From Myxococcota bacterium (lineage in GTDB: Bacteria; Myxococcota_A; UBA796; GCA-2862545): a DNA stretch of 64,000 bases. Positions 52,564 to 61,165 of this stretch are shown one piece after another (within the stretch, counting starts at the first letter, position 1; the number at the start of each line of letters is the position of its first letter). A program made the position numbers and the translations under genes. The notes under the pieces were generated by a model that was not told the origin of the DNA, searched no databases, and was given only the letters and a program-made list of their open reading frames with translations. The stretch spans positions 1-64,000 of the forward strand of contig JBCCQY010000023.1 of NCBI GenBank assembly GCA_039208735.1. The letters are read 5' to 3'.

Positions 52564-53252
52564 TGTCCCTCTCCGTCGACGTGACCGAGAGTCCCGCTCT
52601 GCGCGACAAGCCACGTCCACAAGTCGTTGACTTCTCCGCTGCTCCCTGGATCGAAGCTGCCGATGTCGGCGGCCTCGAGTTCTTGGCGAGTGATCGTCCC
52701 GTCGTCATCTGCGTCGGAGTCCGCCAGGGTCTGGAAGACCACCTGGGGCTCCTCTGCGACGAGGCTGTCATAGAAGAAATGGTCGGCGTGGACCGCGATC
52801 TGGAAGGTGGCGGTTCCACCCTCGCTTACTTCGGTGGTGGTCTCGCAAGCCGAGTAGTCGGTTCGCTGGTCGAATACCCAGTCGAAGGTCTTGGTCGTGC
52901 CGTCCTTCGACGCGCTGCCCGCCAACTCGATCCGGGTGATGGCGAAGCTCGAGCCCGTATGGTCGCCCGTTGGAACTGCAGCTTGAGCCAAGGGATGCCC
53001 CGCGCCACCGGTCTCCACCGACAGGTCGATGGGGTCGCCTGCGGGCATCTCGACACCACCGACCACGACCTCGTCGACCGTGACGATGAAGGGGTCGAAG
53101 GTGACCGACCACCCGTCAGCCATCTCATTGGCCGGGATGCCCAGTTCAACGAAGTCCTCGCCATACACGGTTACCGCGACATCTCCGTCGGCACTGCAAG
53201 CCCAAAGAACGACCGTGGAACAGGTCAAGAGGGGAAGAATGCGCGCGCTCAT
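52545..53252 (-). CDS. Acidic lipoprotein, probably metal-binding
   Basis: LWAC lipobox; HADHFFYD, GHVDGEGHC, EF-hand-like DADDDGTIT. Confidence 0.78.
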   Translation of the reverse strand: MSARILPLLTCSTVVLWACSADGDVAVTVYGEDFVELGIPANEMADGWSVTFDPFIVTVDEVVVGGVEMPAGDPIDLSVETGGAGHPLAQAAVPTGDHTGSSFAITRIELAGSASKDGTTKTFDWVFDQRTDYSACETTTEVSEGGTATFQIAVHADHFFYDSLVAEEPQVVFQTLADSDADDDGTITRQELEAADIGSFDPGSSGEVNDLWTWLVAQSGTLGHVDGEGHCDSQD

Positions 53253-54058
53253 GGTGACTCCCGATGTTCAAGGTTGAAGTGGTCATGGGTTTGAAAGACC
53301 CGACGGAAGGTGTTGTAGGCGTCCTCGACCTCGACCCGGTTGGGCTCGATCACGACAACGCCGACGCCATCTGCGGTGAGGGTGGCGAAGTCGACGCCGT
53401 CGAACACCGTGTCGCCTTCGGTCGCATCTAGGGTGTTGAACTGAAGATTTAGGGTACCCGTTGCGTTTTCATCGATCGTGGCCTCGAACGGCGCACCGAT
53501 CAGCTCTCGGCCCTCCGGGGAGTCCACAACGATGGTGAACGGCATGGTCAGGCCATTCTTCGTGGCGGTCCCGGAGATGATTGCGGTGTGGCCAACCAAA
53601 GGGTCCTCGGCATCAAGGTGCTCGGCCGAGCCACGTCCGAAGGTGAAGTTCGACGCGCTATAGGTCCCGGCGATCAGCGTCGCGGTGCCGAGTTCCCGGC
53701 CATCGTCCGTAGGCCAGTTCACGACATACTCGCCGCGCATCTCTCCGGTCACATCGCCGTTCTGGGCATGTCCGGGGTGAGCGAAAGCGCTGGGGATGAG
53801 CGTGTTGGAGATTGCCTGCCAGACCGACGCAAGGTGCACTTCTCCGGCGACGGTAAACACGACGTCCCTGATGGCGATACGCACTTCGGTGACATTCACC
53901 TCGTAGCCAAGGTCGGACGTGACCGGTGCGACCCCCGAGGCGTCGACCACAACCGGGAGCAGCACACGGGGAGCTTCGCTGGGGTCGCTACAGGAGGTCA
54001 ATCCTCCGAGGCTTAGCGGAACCAGGGCGCAGATCAACCAAAAGGACGCGGCCTTCAT
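53249..54058 (-). CDS. Lipoprotein with AHPGH motif
   Basis: LTSC lipobox; AHPGH and THDH His motifs. Confidence 0.78.
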   Translation of the reverse strand: MKAASFWLICALVPLSLGGLTSCSDPSEAPRVLLPVVVDASGVAPVTSDLGYEVNVTEVRIAIRDVVFTVAGEVHLASVWQAISNTLIPSAFAHPGHAQNGDVTGEMRGEYVVNWPTDDGRELGTATLIAGTYSASNFTFGRGSAEHLDAEDPLVGHTAIISGTATKNGLTMPFTIVVDSPEGRELIGAPFEATIDENATGTLNLQFNTLDATEGDTVFDGVDFATLTADGVGVVVIEPNRVEVEDAYNTFRRVFQTHDHFNLEHRESP

Positions 54059-54086
54059 CTGCTTTCTCCTCTCTGCTCGAGGTAAA

Positions 54087-54135
54087 TGCAAGCCACTTGC
54101 AGAAGTATCTTTCTGCAAGCCATTTGCAATTGCAA
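54087..54135. promoter_or_regulatory. Tandem palindromic Fur/Zur-family operators
   Basis: TGCAAGCCACTTGCA (54087-54101) and TGCAAGCCATTTGCA (54114-54128). Confidence 0.7.
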
Positions 54136-54174
54136 GTCGAATCCTGTAAAGCTTTATTCGAGCCTGGGATCCGC

Positions 54175-54621
54175 ATGACCATCACCGAGGACGAGGCACG
54201 AACGCTCCTACAGAGGAGTTCACTCCGGGCGACGGCTCCACGCGTTGCCGTACTCCGCGTGCTCGCTCGTGCCCAGCATCCATTGTCGCACACCGACGTA
54301 CTCGATCGTCTTGGCAAGACGAACTGGGATCCAGCGACGATCTACCGGAATCTGGTGAAGCTCCGAGACGCTGGCGTGGCCCCGGTGGTGAGCCGCGCTG
54401 AGGGCATCGATCGCTACGCGCTTGCCGAAGCGGATGGCGATGGACACCGGCATCCACACTTCTTTTGCGAAGAATGCGGTCGCGTCGTCTGCTTACCGGC
54501 GGAACTTACCGCCTCCGTTTCGATGGAGGGGAGCTGGGCTGCGTCGATCCGGAAAGCAACGATCCATCTCCGCGGCGCATGTCCGGACTGCCTTCGCCGC
54601 AGAGGCGAGGAAGCATCTTGA
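54175..54621 (+). CDS. Fur-family regulator (Zur-like)
   Basis: LRATAPRVAVL, ATIYRNL, HRHPHFFCEECG, GACPDC. Confidence 0.92.
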   Translation: MTITEDEARTLLQRSSLRATAPRVAVLRVLARAQHPLSHTDVLDRLGKTNWDPATIYRNLVKLRDAGVAPVVSRAEGIDRYALAEADGDGHRHPHFFCEECGRVVCLPAELTASVSMEGSWAASIRKATIHLRGACPDCLRRRGEEAS

Positions 54622-54639
54622 TCCACGGCAGCGACTCAG

Positions 54640-54665
54640 CCTGCTGACATCAGGGTGTCAGGAGG
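54640..54665. promoter_or_regulatory. Palindrome upstream of ridA, candidate WYL-regulator site
   Basis: cctgCTGACA-N6-TGTCAGgagg. Confidence 0.55.
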
Positions 54666-54715
54666 GCTCCGCTAACTCTCCAAGCACCACCGCACCGGTG
54701 GGTTTGGAGAACGAC

Positions 54716-55111
54716 ATGAAGCGCACACCCGTGAATCCCTGGTCGTGGTCCCTGAACCTTGGCTACAACCAAGGCGAAATCCTTGAAGACGTTCAACGAC
54801 AACTGATCTGTGCGGGGCAAACGTCGGTGGATGGTGAAGGCAACCCGCAACACCTCGACGACATGCGCCGCCAACTCACGCTGACGTTGGACAATCTTGC
54901 CGCGGTGCTCAACGAGGCCGACATGAGCCTCGCCAGCGTCACCCAACTCCGCATCTACGCGACCGATGTGGACGAGGCTCTCAAGCACTTCGACGTGCTG
55001 GGGACGCGGTTTGGGCCGGCCGGCGTCGCCCCACCCATGACGTTGCTTGGCGTGACCCGACTGGCCGTGCCGGGGCTTCTGATCGAGATCGAGGCCACGG
55101 CGTCAGCCTGA
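54716..55111 (+). CDS. RidA/YjgF family protein
   Basis: LICAGQTS, LDNLAAVL, LLIEIEATA. Confidence 0.9.
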   Translation: MKRTPVNPWSWSLNLGYNQGEILEDVQRQLICAGQTSVDGEGNPQHLDDMRRQLTLTLDNLAAVLNEADMSLASVTQLRIYATDVDEALKHFDVLGTRFGPAGVAPPMTLLGVTRLAVPGLLIEIEATASA

Positions 55112-55114
55112 CTC

Positions 55115-55822
55115 TCAAACCCCGCGTGGGATCGTGCAGACCGAAGACGCCTCTTCCGCCGCAAGGATGGCCTGCAACGTTCGGTCGGGGTGGGCTTCGG
55201 GAGGCGGCATGGCATCGCCCAACGCAAAGTCCTCAATGCGATCGACCCGAAAGTGACGGCCTTCCTGACGAAGCTCACACCAAGCCGTCAACGACCAACT
55301 CCGTCCCCAGAACATCAACCCCAGCGGCCATACGATTCGCGTGGACGAACGGTTCTCGGCATCCTGGTAGTGCATCTCCACCTTGCGTCGAGCCCGGATG
55401 GCCCGGCGCAGGGGCCCGAGGGCTGCAGGAACCCGAGGATGTCGGTCCGGGGCGAAAAGGCTCGCGTCCTCGGTGAAGTGGAGCAACGCTTCGGGGAGCA
55501 CCTCTCGAATCTTCGCGAGGGCGGCGGCGGCGGCCTGGCCGAGTTCGGGATCCCCCCAGGCGTGAACCATCCGAACGCCGGCCACCAAGGCCTCGATTTC
55601 GGCGGCGTTGAAGGTCATGGAGGGCAGTTCGTAGCCTCGAGCCAATCGATAGCCGACGCCTGCCTCGCCTTCGATCGGCACGCCACTGTCTTCGAGATCC
55701 CGAATGTCACGGTAGACCGTTCGCAGCGACACTCGAAGCTCTTCGGCAAGCCACGCGCCGGTGGCGACGGGTCGCTCGCGGAGCAGCTGGACGAGACGAA
55801 ACAGTCGATCAGCGCGACGCAT
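55115..55822 (-). CDS. YafY-family HTH-WYL regulator
   Basis: MRRADRLF, VSLRTVYRDI, GEAGVGY, AWCELR..FRVDRI. Confidence 0.93.
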   Translation of the reverse strand: MRRADRLFRLVQLLRERPVATGAWLAEELRVSLRTVYRDIRDLEDSGVPIEGEAGVGYRLARGYELPSMTFNAAEIEALVAGVRMVHAWGDPELGQAAAAALAKIREVLPEALLHFTEDASLFAPDRHPRVPAALGPLRRAIRARRKVEMHYQDAENRSSTRIVWPLGLMFWGRSWSLTAWCELRQEGRHFRVDRIEDFALGDAMPPPEAHPDRTLQAILAAEEASSVCTIPRGV

Positions 55823-55859
55823 GTGGCTTCGTATCGCAGGCGGAAGGCGCCGCGGGGCA

Positions 55860-57014
55860 TCACATCGGCTGAAGCGTGGCGTCCAGTGCGCGAATGAGTT
55901 CCCCGACGAGGTCGTCAGGATGCTCCACCCCAACCGAAAGTCGCAACAACCCCTCGCCGATGCCGGCCGCGGCGCGCGCTTCGGCGCTCATGGACACGTG
56001 CGTCATGGTGGCAGGGTGCGCGACGAGGCTCTCCACGCCTCCGAGCGATTCAGCAAGGCTGAAGCACCGGAGTTGAGGCACGAAGCGTTCCACCGCAGCC
56101 CGCCCACCCTTCAGCTCGAACGACAGCATGCCGCCAAACCCCGATTGCTGGGCGGCGGCGACGCCGTGACCAGGATGGGCCGTCAATCCAGGCCAATTCA
56201 CCCGGGCGATTGCCGCGTGTTCCTGTAGCGCTTCGGCCACGAGGCGGGCGTTGGTCTCGTGCTTCGCCATTCGCACCCCAAGCGTTCGCAGGCCGCGGAG
56301 GGTGAGCCAAGCATCGTGCGGCGACCCCGTCAGCCCTAGGCAATTCGCCCACCAGGCGATCGACTCCAAGACCTCGGGGTCTCGAGCCACGATGGCGCCA
56401 CCAACGACATCCGAATGCCCGTTGAGGTACTTGGTGGTGCTGTGAACCACGATGTCGGCCCCGAGGGCCAGCGGGCGCTGATGTACGGGCGAAAGGAAAG
56501 TGTTGTCTGCCACGAGTAGTGCGGAGCCCTTCTGGGCCGAGACGGCCCGAAGGTCCGTGATGCGAAGCAGTGGATTGCTCGGCGTTTCCACCCAGATGAG
56601 GTCCGAAGGTGTCGAGAGGGCGTGATCCCGGATCTTGGGGTCGGTCAGATCGACAAACTCGACGTGCAGGCTGTTTCGGCGATGGAGGGCGTCGAGCAAT
56701 CGCCAGGTTCCTCCATAGCAGTCGTGCGCCGCAACCACGCGCCCTCCCGGCGGGACGAGATGCAGCACCGACGTGATGGCCGACATGCCTGAACTCGTCA
56801 CCACCCCGCCGCAGCCTCCTTCAAGGTCGGAGATGGCGTGACCGAGCTGATCCCGTGTAGGGTTGCCCGAGCGGGTGTAGTCGTAGGGACGTTTTTCGCC
56901 AAGCCCTGCGAAGGTGAAGGTCGAGCTTGCGACCAGGGGAGGGACCACCGCACCATGGACGGGATCGGAACAAAGTGCCGCGCGAACGGCTCGGGTCGTC
57001 GGTTCGAAGCTCAT
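55860..57014 (-). CDS. metB: Cystathionine gamma-synthase
   Basis: YDYTRSGNPTR, ETPSNP, DNTF, HSTTKYLNGHSD, AESLGGVESL. Confidence 0.9.
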   Translation of the reverse strand: MSFEPTTRAVRAALCSDPVHGAVVPPLVASSTFTFAGLGEKRPYDYTRSGNPTRDQLGHAISDLEGGCGGVVTSSGMSAITSVLHLVPPGGRVVAAHDCYGGTWRLLDALHRRNSLHVEFVDLTDPKIRDHALSTPSDLIWVETPSNPLLRITDLRAVSAQKGSALLVADNTFLSPVHQRPLALGADIVVHSTTKYLNGHSDVVGGAIVARDPEVLESIAWWANCLGLTGSPHDAWLTLRGLRTLGVRMAKHETNARLVAEALQEHAAIARVNWPGLTAHPGHGVAAAQQSGFGGMLSFELKGGRAAVERFVPQLRCFSLAESLGGVESLVAHPATMTHVSMSAEARAAAGIGEGLLRLSVGVEHPDDLVGELIRALDATLQPM

Positions 57015-58033
57015 GCTTCACCCCGCAAGCGTTCGATGTCGACACAGAGCGCTTTGGCCGTTCCGACCGCTCCCACTCCGTAGCCCACATGGGTGTGCGC
57101 ACCGTCCGCGAGTTCGTACCGATAGACGACGGCATCGGGATGGACCGCGAGCGAATCGGTGCGATCGAGAGCGGCATACCGAAGCGAGAGGGATCCGCCT
57201 CGTTCGATGCGCCCCACGAGCCGGGTGGTCTGGCCAGCCTTGGCGGTAGCTTGCAAGGTGCCTGGGGCGATGCTGCGTAGATCCTGAACATCCACGTCAT
57301 CGACCGAATGCGGAACCCCCGACAGTGCCCCTGCGATCAAGGCGAGCTTGACCGCGGCATCACGACCCTTCAAGTCCAGTTCCGGGTCTGGCTCCAGAAC
57401 CCCCATCGCTTCGGCGCGGGCCAGCCCGTCGGCGAAGGTCCCTCCTTCTTCGATGCAGGTGATGATGATGGTGGTGCTCGCATTTCCAGCCAGTGCGGCG
57501 CGCTCCCAGTTCCGCTGGAGGAGAGCCAGCTCGGCCTGAAGGCGAGCGCCGGTGCCTCCCAAAACGGCATTGGCCCCCAAGCGGGGATGCGCGAGCAACG
57601 TCGGGTCGGCAGCTACCGCGTGCTTACTGGCCAAGGCCACGCACTGGCCTCGATCGAGCCACGTCCGAATCCGGATGGCGTCGGACGGTCCTTGTTGCAG
57701 GCGGGTCGGCGTGGCATCGAGCACGATCTGGGCTGCTGCTGCCGGCTCGATGTCGTCCTGCCAGGTGTGCAGGCACTCGGGGGTTCGCACGAGGGACCGT
57801 CCTCGCCCTTTGTCCCGAAGGATCGCGAGAATCGGAAGTCCGGTGGGGTCGAGAGCCGTGCCTTGGGAGTCGGAGCAGCCCACCACCACATCGGGGCCGC
57901 CAAGCGACAGGTATGCGCGACCGACTGCGCCCACGCCGAGCAGATGAATGCGTGCTGCCTGCGTCGGGGACGGGCCGCTCGTACAAAACGCGTCGACCGT
58001 TGAAGGGTCGGCCGCGCACAAATCGAACGTCAT
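57011..58033 (-). CDS. Short homoserine dehydrogenase-like protein
   Basis: GVGAVG, ALASKH, EPDPELDLKGRDAAVKL, GYGVG; ATGA overlap with metB. Confidence 0.8.
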   Translation of the reverse strand: MTFDLCAADPSTVDAFCTSGPSPTQAARIHLLGVGAVGRAYLSLGGPDVVVGCSDSQGTALDPTGLPILAILRDKGRGRSLVRTPECLHTWQDDIEPAAAAQIVLDATPTRLQQGPSDAIRIRTWLDRGQCVALASKHAVAADPTLLAHPRLGANAVLGGTGARLQAELALLQRNWERAALAGNASTTIIITCIEEGGTFADGLARAEAMGVLEPDPELDLKGRDAAVKLALIAGALSGVPHSVDDVDVQDLRSIAPGTLQATAKAGQTTRLVGRIERGGSLSLRYAALDRTDSLAVHPDAVVYRYELADGAHTHVGYGVGAVGTAKALCVDIERLRGEA

Positions 58034-58118
58034 GAACACTCCTGTGAGAAAGCGCCCACCATCAGGGCTGCGCGACCTCGAACCAGAAGTGAACGGCGTC
58101 GACCCCGCGAGGGTCTCA

Positions 58119-58240
58119 GCACTCATCTTCCGGCGACCTCGAGGGCCGTCGCAGGAGTTGGCACCTTTCCTCTGGGTTTCCCCGAAGGCGGTTGCCCCGG
58201 TGTCGTCGGGCCTGATCCCTCGACCGGTCTGGATGAGCTG
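58119..58240 (-). promoter_or_regulatory. SAM-I (S-box) riboswitch
   Basis: Minus strand CTCATCCAGA..GAGGGA..GGCCCGACGAC..GGCAACC..GGTGCCAACTCC..GAAGATGAG upstream of Met genes. Confidence 0.93.
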
Positions 58241-58441
58241 GCCGTGGCGTAACCCTCGCGCCGCCGGCGAGTCAACCCTGAGCGGTCGCAAGGAGCCTCA
58301 ATGCGGGTCAGGCTGGCCGCGACCAAGTGAGACCGACCGCCCAAACGACCGTTCATCCCGAGGATCCAGTTCGGCACATCGTGTGCAGGAAGTGGCTGGT
58401 TTTCACAACAATACGAGTCCGCCTCGTAGTGGGGAATCGCT

Positions 58442-58870
58442 TTGGAACACTTCACACCGCTCTCGGCTCTGGTCGGCGGATCGCTTATCGGGTTGTCCGC
58501 ATCGATCCTGCTGTTGTTTACAGGGCGCGTCGCAGGAATTAGCGGCATCTACGCAGGTATTTTACGGCCCGTGACCGGCGACTTCGGCTGGCGTGTCGCC
58601 TTCATCGGAGGCCTCATCGCCGGGGGCTTCGCCCTGATGTGGGCAGCTCCCACGGCCATTGCCGTCGCCTCCGAACGCTCCCTGGCCACGACGGCACTGG
58701 CAGGCTTGGTGGTCGGGCTTGGCGTTCGCATGGGGGCTGGATGCACGTCCGGTCATGGCGTGTGCGGCATCGCTCGCGCTTCGAACCGCTCGTTGATCGC
58801 CACCATCACGTTCGTCGGTGCGGGCATGATCACAGCGAGCCTCATGACCCTGCTTGGAGGTGGGGCATGA
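58442..58870 (+). CDS. YeeE/YedE sulfur-compound transporter subunit
   Basis: GRVAGISGI, GCTSGHGVCG. Confidence 0.9.
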   Translation: MEHFTPLSALVGGSLIGLSASILLLFTGRVAGISGIYAGILRPVTGDFGWRVAFIGGLIAGGFALMWAAPTAIAVASERSLATTALAGLVVGLGVRMGAGCTSGHGVCGIARASNRSLIATITFVGAGMITASLMTLLGGGA

Positions 58871-59319
58871 AGACCCTGCTCATCAGCTTCCTGTCGGGCT
58901 TCCTGTTTGCGCTGGGCTTGGGAATCTCGGGCATGACCCAAGCCGACAAGGTCATCGCGTTTCTCGACTTGGCCGGGGGCTGGGACCCGAGCCTGGCCTT
59001 CGTCATGATCGGAGCCATCGGCACCCACGCGGCATTTCGCTGGCTCATCATGAAGCGCGACGCCCCGGTGTGGGGGCCCAGATTCCGCCTGCCCTCTCGA
59101 CAAGATGTGGACGGAACATTGCTTGGCGGAGCCGCGTTGTTTGGCGTTGGATGGGCGCTTGGGGGCTATTGTCCGGGCCCGGGAATCGTGTCGGTCGCCA
59201 GTGGTGCGGTCGAGCCGCTGGTCTTCGTTGCGATGGCCACCGTCGGCATGCTGCTTTGGCAGGTCACCCCGAAGAGACGTCCACACCGCGCTTCCCATCG
59301 GGTGAACGCTCCTTCTTAA
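58867..59319 (+). CDS. YeeE/YedE sulfur-compound transporter subunit
   Basis: GLGISGMT..KV..FLD..WDPSL, GYCPGP. Confidence 0.9.
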   Translation: MKTLLISFLSGFLFALGLGISGMTQADKVIAFLDLAGGWDPSLAFVMIGAIGTHAAFRWLIMKRDAPVWGPRFRLPSRQDVDGTLLGGAALFGVGWALGGYCPGPGIVSVASGAVEPLVFVAMATVGMLLWQVTPKRRPHRASHRVNAPS

Positions 59320-59396
59320 GCGACGCGAGCAGTTCGTCCCTCACACTCTCACGACGGGCTGTGTCCAACTCCACGAATCCTTTCACGGAGGTTTCG

Positions 59397-60143
59397 ATGG
59401 AAGCAAAGCAAGTTGTCGTGATTGCTGGCTCAAGTAGGGGCATTGGGCGCGCTGCCGCGATGCAAGCCTCAGCGTCGGGCCATGCGGTCGTGCTGTTCAG
59501 CCGCAATGGCGAGGCCCTTGACGCGCTAGCGAGTTCACTCGGTGAGGATGCGTCTTGGGTAGCTGGGGACATCGGCCTGCCCGATGATGTTGGGCGACTC
59601 GCAGCGCAGGTGGAGGCGCGCTATGGGCGGGTGGACCAGCTGTTTGTCAGTGCCGGGTTTGCCCCGTTTGGACCTCTCGATGAACTTCATCCCGCGGTGG
59701 TGGAGCGAGCCCTCCAAACCCACATCGCAGGCCCGCTCTACCTCGTGAAAGCGCTGTTGCCGTGGCTCCGAGAGGGGGGGGCGATCTTGCTGACGGCGAG
59801 CGGAATGCACCACCGCCCCCTAGCTGAGGCCGCGCTGTGGGTTGCGTGCACCTCTGCCGTCGTAGGGTTGGCTCGATCGCTGGCCATCGAGCTGGCACCT
59901 CGGAAGATCAATGTGAATGCGCTCTCTCACGGGCCAGTCGATACGCCCATCTTCGATGACTACGGGATGCCCCCAGAGGCGGTCGCTGCGATGAAGGCGG
60001 ACTTGGCTTCGCAAACGTTGGCCAAACGCATGGCTACGACCGAGGAGATCGCCGCGTTGGCGCTGTCACTGCTCCGGCCAGGCAGCTACGTGAACGGCAC
60101 GGAGATCATCGCCAATGGCGGCTGGAATCTGGCGGGACGATGA
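59397..60143 (+). CDS. Short-chain dehydrogenase/reductase (non-canonical active site)
   Basis: AGSSRGIG, ELAPRKINVNALSHGPVDTP; YxxxK absent. Confidence 0.85.
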   Translation: MEAKQVVVIAGSSRGIGRAAAMQASASGHAVVLFSRNGEALDALASSLGEDASWVAGDIGLPDDVGRLAAQVEARYGRVDQLFVSAGFAPFGPLDELHPAVVERALQTHIAGPLYLVKALLPWLREGGAILLTASGMHHRPLAEAALWVACTSAVVGLARSLAIELAPRKINVNALSHGPVDTPIFDDYGMPPEAVAAMKADLASQTLAKRMATTEEIAALALSLLRPGSYVNGTEIIANGGWNLAGR

Positions 60144-60958
60144 GCTGGGGTCTTGACGTCTCTTCCGATACGATTGAGCGTGCAAAGGCTGGCGATGCTG
60201 ATGCCCTCGACGCCATCGCCATGATGATGATGCAGCCGGTCTACAATGTAGCGGTGCGCTTCCTCTACGAGCCCATTGAGGCTGAGGATGCGGCGCAAGA
60301 AGCCGTACTCCGGGTCCTGAAGGGTCTGCCTACCTTCCGAGGCGACAGCTCGTTTTCCACCTGGGCCTACCGAGTGGTCGTCCGCAGCCTTTCGAATGTT
60401 CGTCGTGGCCGACGCGAATCGCTCTCGATCGAAGACGGGATCCGGGCCCTTGATGAAGGGCTTGCCAGCGAGATGCTGGGCCCTGAAGATGCCGTGCTCG
60501 TCGAAGAGGTGAAGCTCTCCTGCACCACTGCGCTACTCGTTTGCCTGCCCCGATCCCAACGAATGGCCTACGTGCTGGGTGAGATCATGGGGTTCTCGGG
60601 TCCTGAAGCCGCATCCATTCTGGAAATCGCGCCCACGGCGTTTCGCCAACGACTCGCCGTGGCCCGAAAGACCGTGCGGGAGTTTTTTCGGGCACGCTGT
60701 GGCTTGGTCGACGAAGGGCTGCCCTGTCGATGTGAGCGGCAAGTGGCGTACTGCCGACGGGTCGGATTCATCGACCCGAGTGACCTGAGGTTCGCAAACC
60801 GTGGCCCCGAGCACCGAAGCGCCTCCAAACGTCTCGACCAAGCGTTTGACGAAGCTTCCATCTACAGGGCTCATCCCAACTATGAGCCGACGCGAGCGCT
60901 CGGCTCTGCGATTCGGGCTCGGCTTGCCGAGGTGCTCGATGTCCAGGGAGAGGCCTAA
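60140..60958 (+). CDS. ECF sigma factor with Cys-rich C-terminal extension
   Basis: EAEDAAQE, FRGDSSFSTWAYRV, region 4 AFRQRLAVAR, CGLV..PCRC. Confidence 0.9.
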   Translation: MSWGLDVSSDTIERAKAGDADALDAIAMMMMQPVYNVAVRFLYEPIEAEDAAQEAVLRVLKGLPTFRGDSSFSTWAYRVVVRSLSNVRRGRRESLSIEDGIRALDEGLASEMLGPEDAVLVEEVKLSCTTALLVCLPRSQRMAYVLGEIMGFSGPEAASILEIAPTAFRQRLAVARKTVREFFRARCGLVDEGLPCRCERQVAYCRRVGFIDPSDLRFANRGPEHRSASKRLDQAFDEASIYRAHPNYEPTRALGSAIRARLAEVLDVQGEA

Positions 60959-61029
60959 ACCGAGGGTCCCGATGCGGTCAGTCGTCGCCCCGGTCTGGGT
61001 CGAAGGTCCGTCCGTAGGCGCGCGTGAGC

Positions 61030-61165
61030 GCCCGACCGCATTTTCGAGGCGATCGATGCGACGTGTGACCGTCGACACCCCAATGCCGAGCTGCGTCGCG
61101 GCCTTTGAAGCGGACCCGTTCCGGAGCACCGCGAGAAACAGTGGCAGATCGTCCCAAGGCGTCAT
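61030..61165 (-). pseudogene. Truncated LysR-family regulator (HTH only)
   Basis: MTPWDDLPLFLAVLRNGSASKAATQLGIGVSTVTRRIDRLENAVG, after which similarity ends. Confidence 0.8.
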
